Below are positions 32,868 through 42,457 of a DNA stretch of 64,000 nucleotides, in pieces. The notes under the pieces are model-generated. The model searched no databases. It saw only the letters and a list, made by a program, of their open reading frames with translations, and was not told the DNA's origin. The stretch covers positions 1,152,001 through 1,216,000 of the forward strand of contig CM000434.1 of assembly GCA_000165345.1 (NCBI GenBank), written 5' to 3'. Made by a program: the position numbers and the translations under genes. Numbering within the stretch: the stretch's first letter is position 1; the number at the start of each line of letters is the position of its first letter.

Positions 32868-35800
32868 TTAAAATAGATCATCAGTTGCAGCTCTAGCAAT
32901 ATCGACCATAAAGAAGTTCCTAGTAGCTTCGTGTAGTTTATGATCAAATACTATAGAAGTTTGTTTCTTATCTTGTTTTAGCTTCTGGGAATGGCTTCTT
33001 TGCGTCTTTTTTCTTGGGATTCTCCGAATTTTAACAATTGACTCTGTTTCAGTTATATTCTGGAAGGAGGTATCTGTTCCTGAAGGACAGATAAATTTGG
33101 AATAACTTCTAGGTATTCCTGGTCTATATAGTATTTCTAAGGAATTGACAGAATAAGAAGATTTTGAAGATGAGGAGTCAAATTCCAAAATGCCAGATGA
33201 ATCTCCCTTGGATATGGTCTTTGTTTCTGAATCAAGAGTTGAATTGGGTGATAATGAACCATTCTCGGAAAATTCGGATGATCTTCTACAAACTCCAAGT
33301 CTATATGAGAATAATGCATTGCTATTGGAAAATAAATCAATGTTTGATGGTCCAAATTCTAAACTGCTTGTATCGGAAGCGATTACTGGTGCTAAAGATG
33401 ATATATTCGTGGGAGATGAGTTGGGTCTTACTTCAAGAAGCATCATTTCATACTCCATTGTGAGGTCAGAACAACGCTCAGAAGAGTAAAATGGCTTTCT
33501 AATAATAGAATTGGTATTGGAGAATGCATGTAGACTTGAACCTGGCACATTATCAAGACACCATAGAGATCCTAATACTTCTTCCATATAAAGATTGAAA
33601 TGTTTGATTAAAGGTTGCTGATTCCAAGTAAGGATATCATCATAATTGGCAGTACGGCCAATAATCTCTGTAATATCTTTAACTGATAGAAACTCTACCC
33701 GTTTTAGGGTATTCTTTGGTAAGAATTTGATATTCGTTAAGTATTTGTTGCATTCTTTGTCAAATTCTGATTGGCTCATAAGCTTACAAGCTGCAACAAT
33801 ATTAGCACATTGCGCCAATCTACCAGAATCTTTAATATGAGGTCCAATAACTCTTAACCATGTGGATCGAACATTTCTGATAGGATCAGAAGCAAGTAAT
33901 ATGAGAGGATTAAGGAAATAGGCATAAAAGAATCCTCTAGGAATATCTCTAATAAAGCGATCACACATTTGTATAAACTCTTGTCTATGATGGTATTTGG
34001 TTGAGATTGCAAATGTTTTAAGGATACACCAAATTAGAGCTAATTCATTGAATAACTTACAGTTACCATTTTCTCCGTCTAGAGAAAACAATACTCGAAG
34101 TTTCTCTGAAAATTTGGGGTAAGTATCATTAAAATTTGCATTTGTGATTTGGACCTGATTATAATTATTATTGCTAATAAATCCATTAAATCCATTGATA
34201 ATTTCAGAATTAGTAGCAGAACCAGTAATTTCTCCATTTCCCTTTCTTAAAGCCTTAGATGAACTTGGGGAGAAGTTATAAATAGATGAATATATTATGG
34301 ACGAGTTTTGTTTATGAATATATAGCGGTTGGAAACTCTTATATAGGATATCATTAACATCTTTATTTTGCTTTTCAGAGCCACTGATTGAAGAAGAAAG
34401 ATCTTTGTTCTCCTCTTTTGATTCAAAGGATTTAGAGTTTCCAGTCACATTCACAGTGGTCACGGAGCAAGAGGTATCAATAGGATTGGAAGAGGAAGGA
34501 GTTGGTGAGGAAGCTGAAGTAGATGAAGATGACGTGGAAACTGATGAAATAACCTGAATATCTTTTTTAGGGCCAGAAGTGGATTCTGGAGAATGAATTG
34601 GATTCGGAAGATCGTGGACATTACCCCCATTTTGGAAGAAGTGCCAAAGGAACGGTGAAGATATTCTTAAAAGAGAGGAAATACTGTTTATAGCAGTTTT
34701 TCTAACTTCAGAAACTGGATCAAGAAGTAGCGAAAAAGCTACCGGGGATAAGTATTCTTGAGCAAATCTTCCAGTAAAAAGCTCCTGGGAAGTCTCTGAA
34801 TGTCTCCTAATTTCCATATTCCTTAAGTGGAGATCTATACAAATCTTTCTGATCTGGTTAGCTAAGATATTTCTGCATCTCCAGTCAATTCGGCAAGAAT
34901 TAAGTAGGTCAGGGAACTTTTTAATGAGTGGTTCCACGTGTTCCTTATGAGGAAGGCATTTAATTATGTCTGAAAGACAGCCAAATATGGCTCTTTTTAC
35001 ATAGATGTCGCTATCATCCAATAGTTTCCCAATGATATCATGCAAGAATGGTAGAATATCTGTACGAAGATGACAGCCTTTGGAACATGGAAGCTTGAAG
35101 GGGGAGCCTATTAGAAGACATTTGGCAGGTTCTTGATTAATATTGTTAAAGAACATGTCAGCTCCCTTTTCAATAGTGTTACAAAACTCTTTTTCTTTCT
35201 TAATCTCTGCACTACTTTTCTCGCTTCTCTCCTTGTCCATTGTACCGCTTTTACTCATGTTGGATGAATCTGATAAAGGAATATTCTGCAACAAGGAAGT
35301 GGAGCGAATAAGATGAGAATGAGATCTATCTCCACAAGAAAGTGCAGTTGCTAGAATTAAAGACATAGAAGCGGCAATTGGAAGCCTTACTGAATAATGA
35401 GGGCTCTCAACAAGATGAGCCAAAAGCTTAGAAAACTCAGGCCAGCTGTTGGGGCCCATACGTGAGAACACGGAGGCGAAGCTATAAGAGCAAAAGTAAG
35501 ATGGTCCATTGAACTCAAGCTCTCTAAATGTTAGCCCCAAATTACTCCCAAATGGAAGCAAAGAAATCTCCTCATGCTTTGTTTGAATATCCATTGTCGC
35601 AGATGACTTTCTGCTGCCAAATTTCTCTATATGGTCTCTAGAAGCCTGATCATCCTCTTCTGTGCCCTGTCTATTGCAAACCTGACTATCCTCATCCGTT
35701 TTAGAGACCTTGGAATCAATATCTGAGATCACTATATTCTCATCTGCTTCAGAAGACACTCCCATAGCCAAATATATATCAAGAATCTCCCTTGGGACAC

Positions 35801-36731
35801 ATTCTGGGTCCCTAAATAAAGTAATTAAAGGGCCAACCTGTTTGTTTATATCGTTGATAAGGTCTTTATCAGATATATTCCTCAAAATCTCAATTAGGAA
35901 AGTAGAAAAATCGCTGCTATCAATAGTTTTTATGCTGCTGAAGATGCCAATAATCACTTTTACTGCACATTTCCTAACTGCTTTCGAGTCATATAGTAAT
36001 AAACGCTTGAAAACTGTAAATAGCTCTGAAAAGCTCTGAGTAATTCGAATTACCTCACAAAGATTCATAACTGTAAACATTCGGACTCTCTCACTGTGAT
36101 CATCTGCTAAACATTTAATTTGAGGAACTATAAATTGCATGCAAATATCTTTGCCCATATACTCAGCTAAACCATTCAACATCCAAGATGCTAAACATCT
36201 CGAGTCCTCATTATCTAAGTCATTCGCAAGAGCCAAACTAATAGATAAAATGGAATGAACTCTATCTGAATGCCTTAAATGGGAACATAATGTTATACCA
36301 ACATGGCAAGCAGCCTCTTTAATAGAAATGCTTGTATTTTGAATATCACCCTTCAAAACATCCTTTATTATTGGAATAATAGTCGATAAAACCACATTGT
36401 AACCTTTTTCCAAATCAGATTGTACCAAAAACCCAACTAAATCACCCAAAATACTCAATACTCCTCGCCTTACATCCTCGTCGTTGTCTTTAATTAACCT
36501 CCCTAATATTGGTAACAAAGTACTCGTCGCCTTGGAATACCCAACATCGTGGCAAATATCTATAAACTCTCTAATCAAAACCAACCGTTGTAGAACAACC
36601 TTCGAATTTGAATACTTTATAGCTCTATCTAATGGAGAATAACTTTCTGTTGCACTCCTTAGTAAAGATCTATCGTAGCTCAGTCGCTCCATTGAAGAAG
36701 CCGACGAACTGGCTACTGAGAATTTTGCCAT
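32868..36731 (-). CDS. Large HEAT/ARM-repeat protein (PP2A-A / PP4R1-like scaffold N-terminus) with S/N-rich low-complexity inserts
   Basis: 1287-aa ORF with an ATG at 36731. The N-terminal repeats LLPILGRLIKDNDEDVRRGVLSILGDLVGFL and IIPIIKDVLKGD look like HEAT units of phosphatase regulatory A subunits. The specific assignment is tentative. Confidence 0.6.
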   Translation of the reverse strand: MAKFSVASSSASSMERLSYDRSLLRSATESYSPLDRAIKYSNSKVVLQRLVLIREFIDICHDVGYSKATSTLLPILGRLIKDNDEDVRRGVLSILGDLVGFLVQSDLEKGYNVVLSTIIPIIKDVLKGDIQNTSISIKEAACHVGITLCSHLRHSDRVHSILSISLALANDLDNEDSRCLASWMLNGLAEYMGKDICMQFIVPQIKCLADDHSERVRMFTVMNLCEVIRITQSFSELFTVFKRLLLYDSKAVRKCAVKVIIGIFSSIKTIDSSDFSTFLIEILRNISDKDLINDINKQVGPLITLFRDPECVPREILDIYLAMGVSSEADENIVISDIDSKVSKTDEDSQVCNRQGTEEDDQASRDHIEKFGSRKSSATMDIQTKHEEISLLPFGSNLGLTFRELEFNGPSYFCSYSFASVFSRMGPNSWPEFSKLLAHLVESPHYSVRLPIAASMSLILATALSCGDRSHSHLIRSTSLLQNIPLSDSSNMSKSGTMDKERSEKSSAEIKKEKEFCNTIEKGADMFFNNINQEPAKCLLIGSPFKLPCSKGCHLRTDILPFLHDIIGKLLDDSDIYVKRAIFGCLSDIIKCLPHKEHVEPLIKKFPDLLNSCRIDWRCRNILANQIRKICIDLHLRNMEIRRHSETSQELFTGRFAQEYLSPVAFSLLLDPVSEVRKTAINSISSLLRISSPFLWHFFQNGGNVHDLPNPIHSPESTSGPKKDIQVISSVSTSSSSTSASSPTPSSSNPIDTSCSVTTVNVTGNSKSFESKEENKDLSSSISGSEKQNKDVNDILYKSFQPLYIHKQNSSIIYSSIYNFSPSSSKALRKGNGEITGSATNSEIINGFNGFISNNNYNQVQITNANFNDTYPKFSEKLRVLFSLDGENGNCKLFNELALIWCILKTFAISTKYHHRQEFIQMCDRFIRDIPRGFFYAYFLNPLILLASDPIRNVRSTWLRVIGPHIKDSGRLAQCANIVAACKLMSQSEFDKECNKYLTNIKFLPKNTLKRVEFLSVKDITEIIGRTANYDDILTWNQQPLIKHFNLYMEEVLGSLWCLDNVPGSSLHAFSNTNSIIRKPFYSSERCSDLTMEYEMMLLEVRPNSSPTNISSLAPVIASDTSSLEFGPSNIDLFSNSNALFSYRLGVCRRSSEFSENGSLSPNSTLDSETKTISKGDSSGILEFDSSSSKSSYSVNSLEILYRPGIPRSYSKFICPSGTDTSFQNITETESIVKIRRIPRKKTQRSHSQKLKQDKKQTSIVFDHKLHEATRNFFMVDIARAATDDLF

Positions 36732-37344
36732 ATGCCTAACAGTTTGAGTTCTTCATCTTTTTTCTCGTTAATTTTAGAGCTATTTGATCATTCACGCTCA
36801 ATTTGTAGCTTTCTGCAAAAATTTACCCTTATTTCCTTCTCTTCTACTCTCCACTGTCTTGGATAAAAGACCCGCCCAAGAATTAAGCCTTAAAAACTTG
36901 CCAAGTGTTCCCAATATGTACACATAAAAAATATATATATATTTATTATATTGATTCCAAATAATTCCCAGTTTTTCAATCTTTAGAAGCCAGAGCTGGG
37001 ATACTCTACCAATTTTTTCACAGCTTTCTTTCCCAAAATTGGTCAAATTCAAATTTGGTATTTTAGTTTTTTTTTTACTGTCGGCCGCTTATTTTTCTAT
37101 ACTATTGGTTAAAGGCCTTCCTTGGCTTCTAAGCTTAATTTTTCTAAATACTTCAATATTGAAATTTTCTTTTATCAAGAACCTCCGTAATTCTTACTTT
37201 TGAGGGTAAAGGCTACTTTGAATAACTGCCAATTCCAATTTTTTCAAATTACTCCGTAAAGCCTCTTAATTTGCTTGTATATTATAATTTGTCAATGCAT
37301 GCTATTTCTGGCCCAAATGCATGCACACTAAAATCCGAGCTTAA

Positions 37345-37360
37345 TTCCCGCTTGCATGCA
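37345..37360 (+). promoter_or_regulatory. TTCCCGC + TGCATGCA pair immediately 5' of the DPH7 start codon
   Basis: ttcccgcttgcatgcaATG. Further TGCATGCA copies are at 37296 and 37319. Confidence 0.45.
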
Positions 37361-38565
37361 ATGCAGATTCTAAAATTCGAGCATCCAGCTGACTGTATTT
37401 ATATGAATGGCGTGGATAATCGACACTTTGGAGTTGGTCTTTACTGCCTTGAGGATGCAGAGTCTCAACACAGAATTGGGGGAATCAATATATATGACAT
37501 CCAGTCAGTTCTGGAGATTCATGATGGCCACCCAAATTATTCCTCTAAAACTGCAGAAAATGTAGAGCACAAACCCAAAATGTATATCAATGCAGAATCA
37601 GGAGTCGTTAATTTTGAATGGGACCCTAAAGATGTAAACCTTAACAATCCGGACTTTACCCACATTACTTGTCTCTGTTCAGATAAGAGCCTTAAACTAT
37701 TTAGAATAGACTCAGATTTTTGCAGCTATAAGCTTCTTAATTCTGTTAGGTCTGAAAATATAGACAATAACAACCATATAATTGGACTAGACCTGTCTTG
37801 TATTTATTCTAATGGTACCAGGTAAGCTAATATAGGTTGGAGAAAAAGGGGAAAGAGAAAAAACCTTTTTTTTCATCCTAAATTTCCATCCTAATTTCTA
37901 TATCTCTTGAATAACCTAACTCCTTTGAATCTTTGAATTCTAATTTTAGAAAAACCTGCTATAGCATTTCAGACGGAAGAGTTTTCATTATTAGAAACTC
38001 TGAAATCATTGAAAACGAATTCTATGCTCATCCAAATACTGAAGTATGGACAGTGTCATTTCTTGATCCAGAGGGAAATCTCCTGGCAACAGGAGCTGAC
38101 GATTGCTCTTTATCTTTATGGGATCTCAGAACAAGTTGTATTGATGAGCCAATAATGAAGAACAAGAAATCCCATTCTATGGGTGTAACTTGTATCCAAA
38201 AGTCGAATAGAAATCATCAATTTTGGTCAGGAAGTTACGACGAAACCCTTAGATTCTGGGATTTTAGGATGATAAACTCTCCTATTTATGAGCACAAAAC
38301 TAATGGAGGAATTTGGAGAATTAACCAATTTGAAGATTACCTTGGAATGGCACAATGTTATTATGGTCTTGAATACTTGAAATTAGATCCAAATTTGAAT
38401 GTTGAAAAACAATATATTTCTGTCCCAAACGATTCAGAAAGTCAATTTTCTCACAATTCCATAGTATATGGAATTGACACATTTAGAATGAATAACACAC
38501 TTTTTGGTTTTAGTTGTAGTTTCTACGATAAAACTGCACTTATCTTCCAAATTCTGGAAGAATAA
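37361..38565 (+). CDS. DPH7: Diphthamide biosynthesis protein 7 (DPH7/WDR85, diphthine methylesterase), two exons: 37361..37821 and 37950..38565, with an intron at 37822..37949
   Basis: Exon 2 matches human DPH7: ISDGRVFIIRNSE / SDSTGQLHLLMVNE, WTVSF, GADDCSLSLWDLR, HSMGVTCIQ, SGSYDETLRFWDFRM / GSYDEHILLWDTRNM, GGIWRI / GGVWRI, FGFSCSFYD / LLATCSFYD. The track ORFs 37271..37825 and 37933..38565 both begin at TTG. A GTAAGC donor at 37822 and a TTTTAG acceptor ending at 37949 join them in frame (phase 2). I prefer the start ATG at 37361, which sits right after TTCCCGCTTGCATGCA. The N-terminus MQILKFEHPADCIYM resembles human MMGCFALQTVDTELTADSVEW. Confidence 0.75.
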
Positions 38566-38824
38566 TGCATATTCACACAATGAATATCTTCATCATTTCA
38601 TTTCCTTCAACTCATTTCATATAAACATCGCTTCCTGAATTTTTCTTATTCACTTATCTTGGGCTGAATTATTTGATTAAATCTTATATATAATTGATTT
38701 ATATTTAACTCTGACTTTGGCGCCAAAATGGTCCGGTATTAATAGAAATTACAAAGAATATTAAAATTACCAAGGTAGACAAAATTTGCTAGTACAAAAA
38801 GTTTGACTAAAAAGAGAGAGGAAA

Positions 38825-39352
38825 ATGGGTTCAAGCGATAAGGAACTTTCTGCTCTCAGAAGTAACATTAAGGAAAAGGGAGAATTTAGTTATTATTATG
38901 CTCACAAGAACAATTCTCAAGACCTCAAGGATGCAAAGATCTTTGAAGGACCAGGAATAGTAACGGGAGGACAGCCAATTTTGCTGCATAAAGATGATGA
39001 AAAAGAGCCTGTCTCTGACAAGCCTCGAAGTGTTCAGATTAAAAAGTATTCATGGTCAGACTGTGGAGAAAGTATTGAGATTTATATAAGCTTACAGGAT
39101 CTAGCCGAATTGATATCCAGTAAATCACCTCTTGAAATAGCAGGGAAACCAAATTTGGAAGTAACAAATAATACAATTTCATTGGAAGTTTTATCTGAAA
39201 ATACTAACTTCCTTTTTAAAATTGCAAACCTTTCTAACCCTATAGACTCACAACTTTCTAGAGTCAAAGTTTCAGCTAAAAGAATAACAATTATCTGTTT
39301 CAAAGAAGACTCTGAGTTGAAGTGGAACTCCCTTTGTAGGCCAATGTTATAA
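38825..39352 (+). CDS. Calcyclin-binding protein / Siah-interacting protein (CacyBP/SIP)-like CS-domain protein
   Basis: YSWSDCGESIEIYISL...LEVTNNTISLEV...FLFKIANLSNPIDSQLSRVKVSAKRITIICFKEDSELKWNSL follows the CacyBP CS-domain pattern (YGWDQSDKFVKIYITL...VHFTERSFDLLV...[43 protein letters not shown]). ATG at 38825. Confidence 0.7.
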   Translation: MGSSDKELSALRSNIKEKGEFSYYYAHKNNSQDLKDAKIFEGPGIVTGGQPILLHKDDEKEPVSDKPRSVQIKKYSWSDCGESIEIYISLQDLAELISSKSPLEIAGKPNLEVTNNTISLEVLSENTNFLFKIANLSNPIDSQLSRVKVSAKRITIICFKEDSELKWNSLCRPML

Positions 39353-39651
39353 TTTTAAGTTTTGGATTAAATAAGTTACATTAATTTTCTAAATTGATTA
39401 TTTCTTTTTCTTTTATTAGTTCCTTGCCTTTTCCTCCCTCCTGACTTATTCTTGATTATATTGTGTCAACAAAGATCTTTATGGAATTATTGATCATACT
39501 AATAAGTACTTCAAAACTAATATATATTTTTTCCATCCTCAATGTTTAAGCTACTTAGAGTCTTTTGTTGTATAGGTATTCTTTTCAATCTCGCTCTAAT
39601 TAATTGAGTAAAAATTTGAATAAATAAATTAATAAACATCTTTAAAAAAAC

Positions 39652-40570
39652 TTACCCGCATGTTGAACAGATTGGAGCTTTAAATCTTGAACAAAATATT
39701 GATAAGCAAGATGAGCATACATATCCTATTTCAATTTTCTGATGATGACAGAAACATACAGCCAAACCTGTCTGCTTTGTTTTATTAATAGAAATAAAAA
39801 TCTCCTCACGTGCCTGAATAGAAGGTAATAAATGAAAAATCAAAAAAGGAGTCAATCCCTGATCCAACCAATGATGATCCTCCTTATTTATTTCAATGTT
39901 ACTCTCTGCCAAAGAGTCTACAATTTGAGAATACTTTAAATTTAAACCATTACATATATCAACTAAATTATTCAATAAAGGAGATGGATTCCTTGTAACA
40001 CTCACAACATCAATCACCACATCCTGATTCAAAATATTACAATTAATTCAATGTTTAATAATATATGAATAAATAACTTACCAATTTTTGTGATGCAAAC
40101 CCACAATTCAGCAAAGATACATACTGAGAAATATATTCATCTTTATTTGAAGCATCTAACAGTATAATACGATCTTTTTCTGACCTATTATATCCAAACT
40201 TCTTTCTTGTACTATTAATCTTACACAAACACTTTGAAATGGTTGGGCTCATCTTCATCTCGCCCAATGAAATTCTTTCTGAAATCTCCTCTAACATCTT
40301 TGGCATTATCTCAAATTGTAACTCCTTTGTCAAGCCAGATATAAAACCATCAAACAACAAATTCTCGCCTTTTGAGTCGCATAGATATATATTCAGCTTC
40401 TTTTTCTGACCAGTACTAAGATTATATAGCCTTGTGAATTGAAATATTGAATTCAGTACGCATTCTCCCGAAACCAATAAGTTACTTTGAGCATTTGATT
40501 GACTTTCTCCAGTATCCTCATATCTAAATAAACTTCTTGAATCCAGAATTATATATAAAGTCCCCTCCAT
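39652..40570 (-). CDS. TFB4: TFIIH subunit p34 (TFB4/GTF2H3), two exons: 40082..40570 and 39652..40023, with an intron at 40024..40081
   Basis: C-terminal exon: [36 protein letters not shown] matches the human p34 zinc finger [34 protein letters not shown]. Track ORF 40055..40570 ends three codons into a GTAAGT donor (40081), and ORF 39652..40032 begins at TTG. A 58-nt GTAAGT...ATCAG intron (phase 0) gives ...FASQKL|DVVIDVV..., parallel to human ...FAAQKQNILIDACVLD. Total 286 aa. Confidence 0.8.
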
Positions 40571-40679
40571 AGCCTACTTTTTCATTTATCGTTACTTTGA
40601 AATTACCACTTTAATTCCAAATTGGCGCCAACATTGGAATGATTTTTGTGATCTCAAGACTATTCTAACTTGAATATTT

Positions 40680-41962
40680 TCATGATTTATCACTATAATA
40701 TTCGCTACTATCATCTTCCTTAATATGTTCTAGCTGACTAAACAGTTCACTTGCATTGCTTGGCTTTGGATTATATATTGATCTAGAAGTAAGTTTTTCC
40801 CTTGATTCAATCAAAGGTGACTGTTCATTCTCATCAAGTTCATTATCTTGACTGTATCCTGCATCTCTCAACTCACTGCTAAGACTTTTGTACTTAGAAT
40901 AACTGTTTCTGGGACTTCTACTGATGAGTGAAATTGGCTTCCTTAGTGAGGGCAAATTGATTCCATAATTATAATCTGTAAATGTATGCATTGTTTGTAA
41001 TCTATTACTAACTAATTTATTAATTCCTTGTTCCATTGCATCACTCTTGTTACTAAATCTCTGCATCTCTGTTACATTAATACTTTGAGAATCACTAGTA
41101 ATACCATTATCTTCTGAAGCCATTTGCAGAATTTCGACCATGTACATTCTTAATTGCTCGGATGAAAGACTTGCATAAGTTGGAAGTAGAGTTCCAACTC
41201 CTTGTACAAAATGAGTTCTTACTTGTGTTTCATCAAAACCACTAACTAGTTCCATTATATCTCTTGTTGGCACAATTTTATCATTAAGACTTTGTACAAT
41301 CATCAGACTTTGAAATCTTTCAGGCTCTAATTCCATTCTACTAAACGTAAATCTTCTAAAGTTTATGATAGATGGAGAAAACATTATCACAGGAACTTTG
41401 CTTATCCTTGAGTTTACCTTGCTCACGCTAACTGCTGAAAAATCTGACGTCATAATTATCTCAGGCTTGAAGGCCAATATATTCTTTTCTATTATATCTT
41501 TTGCAACATTTGCACAACGCTTCAATACTATTATCCCAGTTATTCTATACCCTACAATGATTAGAAAAGCCTTTGATTTTTTTTTGTTTTTTTAATCTTA
41601 ATCAAATTGAAAATATTTTAAACTTACCATTAAGATTGGTAACACAATCTTCAATCCAAGATTAAAAGATACCAAGAATTCAACTATTCTGTATTATAAG
41701 AAATATAATTAAATTGTTTTTTTCCTAAATTTATTTAATTTAAAACTTACATTAATACTATAAAAATCAGCAATGATATAGCAACATATGAAGTCTTGGA
41801 CCTTATTATTAAAGTTTGATACCTCAAATCTGGAGACCGAATGTATGAAACTCCAACAATCTCCTCTACTTGCTTCTTTCTATATGACTTATAATTATCA
41901 TAGAATCTGCAAAAAAAAAAAATCATTATTATTATTAGAAAATAAGAAAATATTTCTATCAT
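40680..41962 (-). CDS. Hypothetical two-TM membrane protein, two exons: 41751..41962 and 40680..41544, with a 206-nt intron at 41545..41750
   Basis: Track ORF 41747..41962 (ATG at 41962) ends at a TAA that overlaps a GTAAGT donor (phase 2). The downstream ORF 40680..41525 starts at TTG and has no in-frame ATG before M25; an in-frame TAA sits just upstream of the TTG. An AG at 41546..41545 joins the two in frame and creates a continuous hydrophobic helix across the junction (YVAISLLIFIVL|I|ITGIIVLKR). A first AG at 41553..41552 is out of frame. Predicted 358 aa. Confidence 0.5.
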
Positions 41963-42457
41963 ATATTATTGAATTTAATCAACTTCAAACTCACCCATGA
42001 AGATATAATACTCGAATCCCATTCAAATTATCCATTATTCTCGCTATCTCAGTATATTATTCACACTAATTATCCTAAAAACTTTACTATTTCTTGGCAT
42101 TCCAATTCTTAAACTCGATAAAATCCGAAACTTCAACATAATCCTCTTCTTTTTTATGACTCTATTTTTCCATCAACTACTTTTCACAAGTGCCACAAAT
42201 TTGCAATGCATGCAGCCCCCTTTGCATGTTTCCCTTTTGACTGCTATGCCGTCATTCATGCAATGACATAAGTTTTGCCGCCATACGTGGCAGTGTATGT
42301 AAACCTCCCACATGCACAAAGAATAAACTACATTTGAGAAAATAATAAGAAGAAAATTATTCAATATACTATACTGGGAATCTATGTACTAAATGAGAGT
42401 TGCTAATCAATATAAGATGGATGACTCATCTTTTGTGCAATTCTTATAACTAGAAAC

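Noticed and set aside
41596-41650. ATG immediately followed by GTAAGT (minus strand, about 41628), which looks like a one-codon first exon
   Set aside because: With phase 0 it cannot be joined in frame to any downstream AG before the 40680..41525 ORF; the first in-frame option gives TAA. It lies inside the 206-nt intron I propose for that gene, so I treat it as a decoy.
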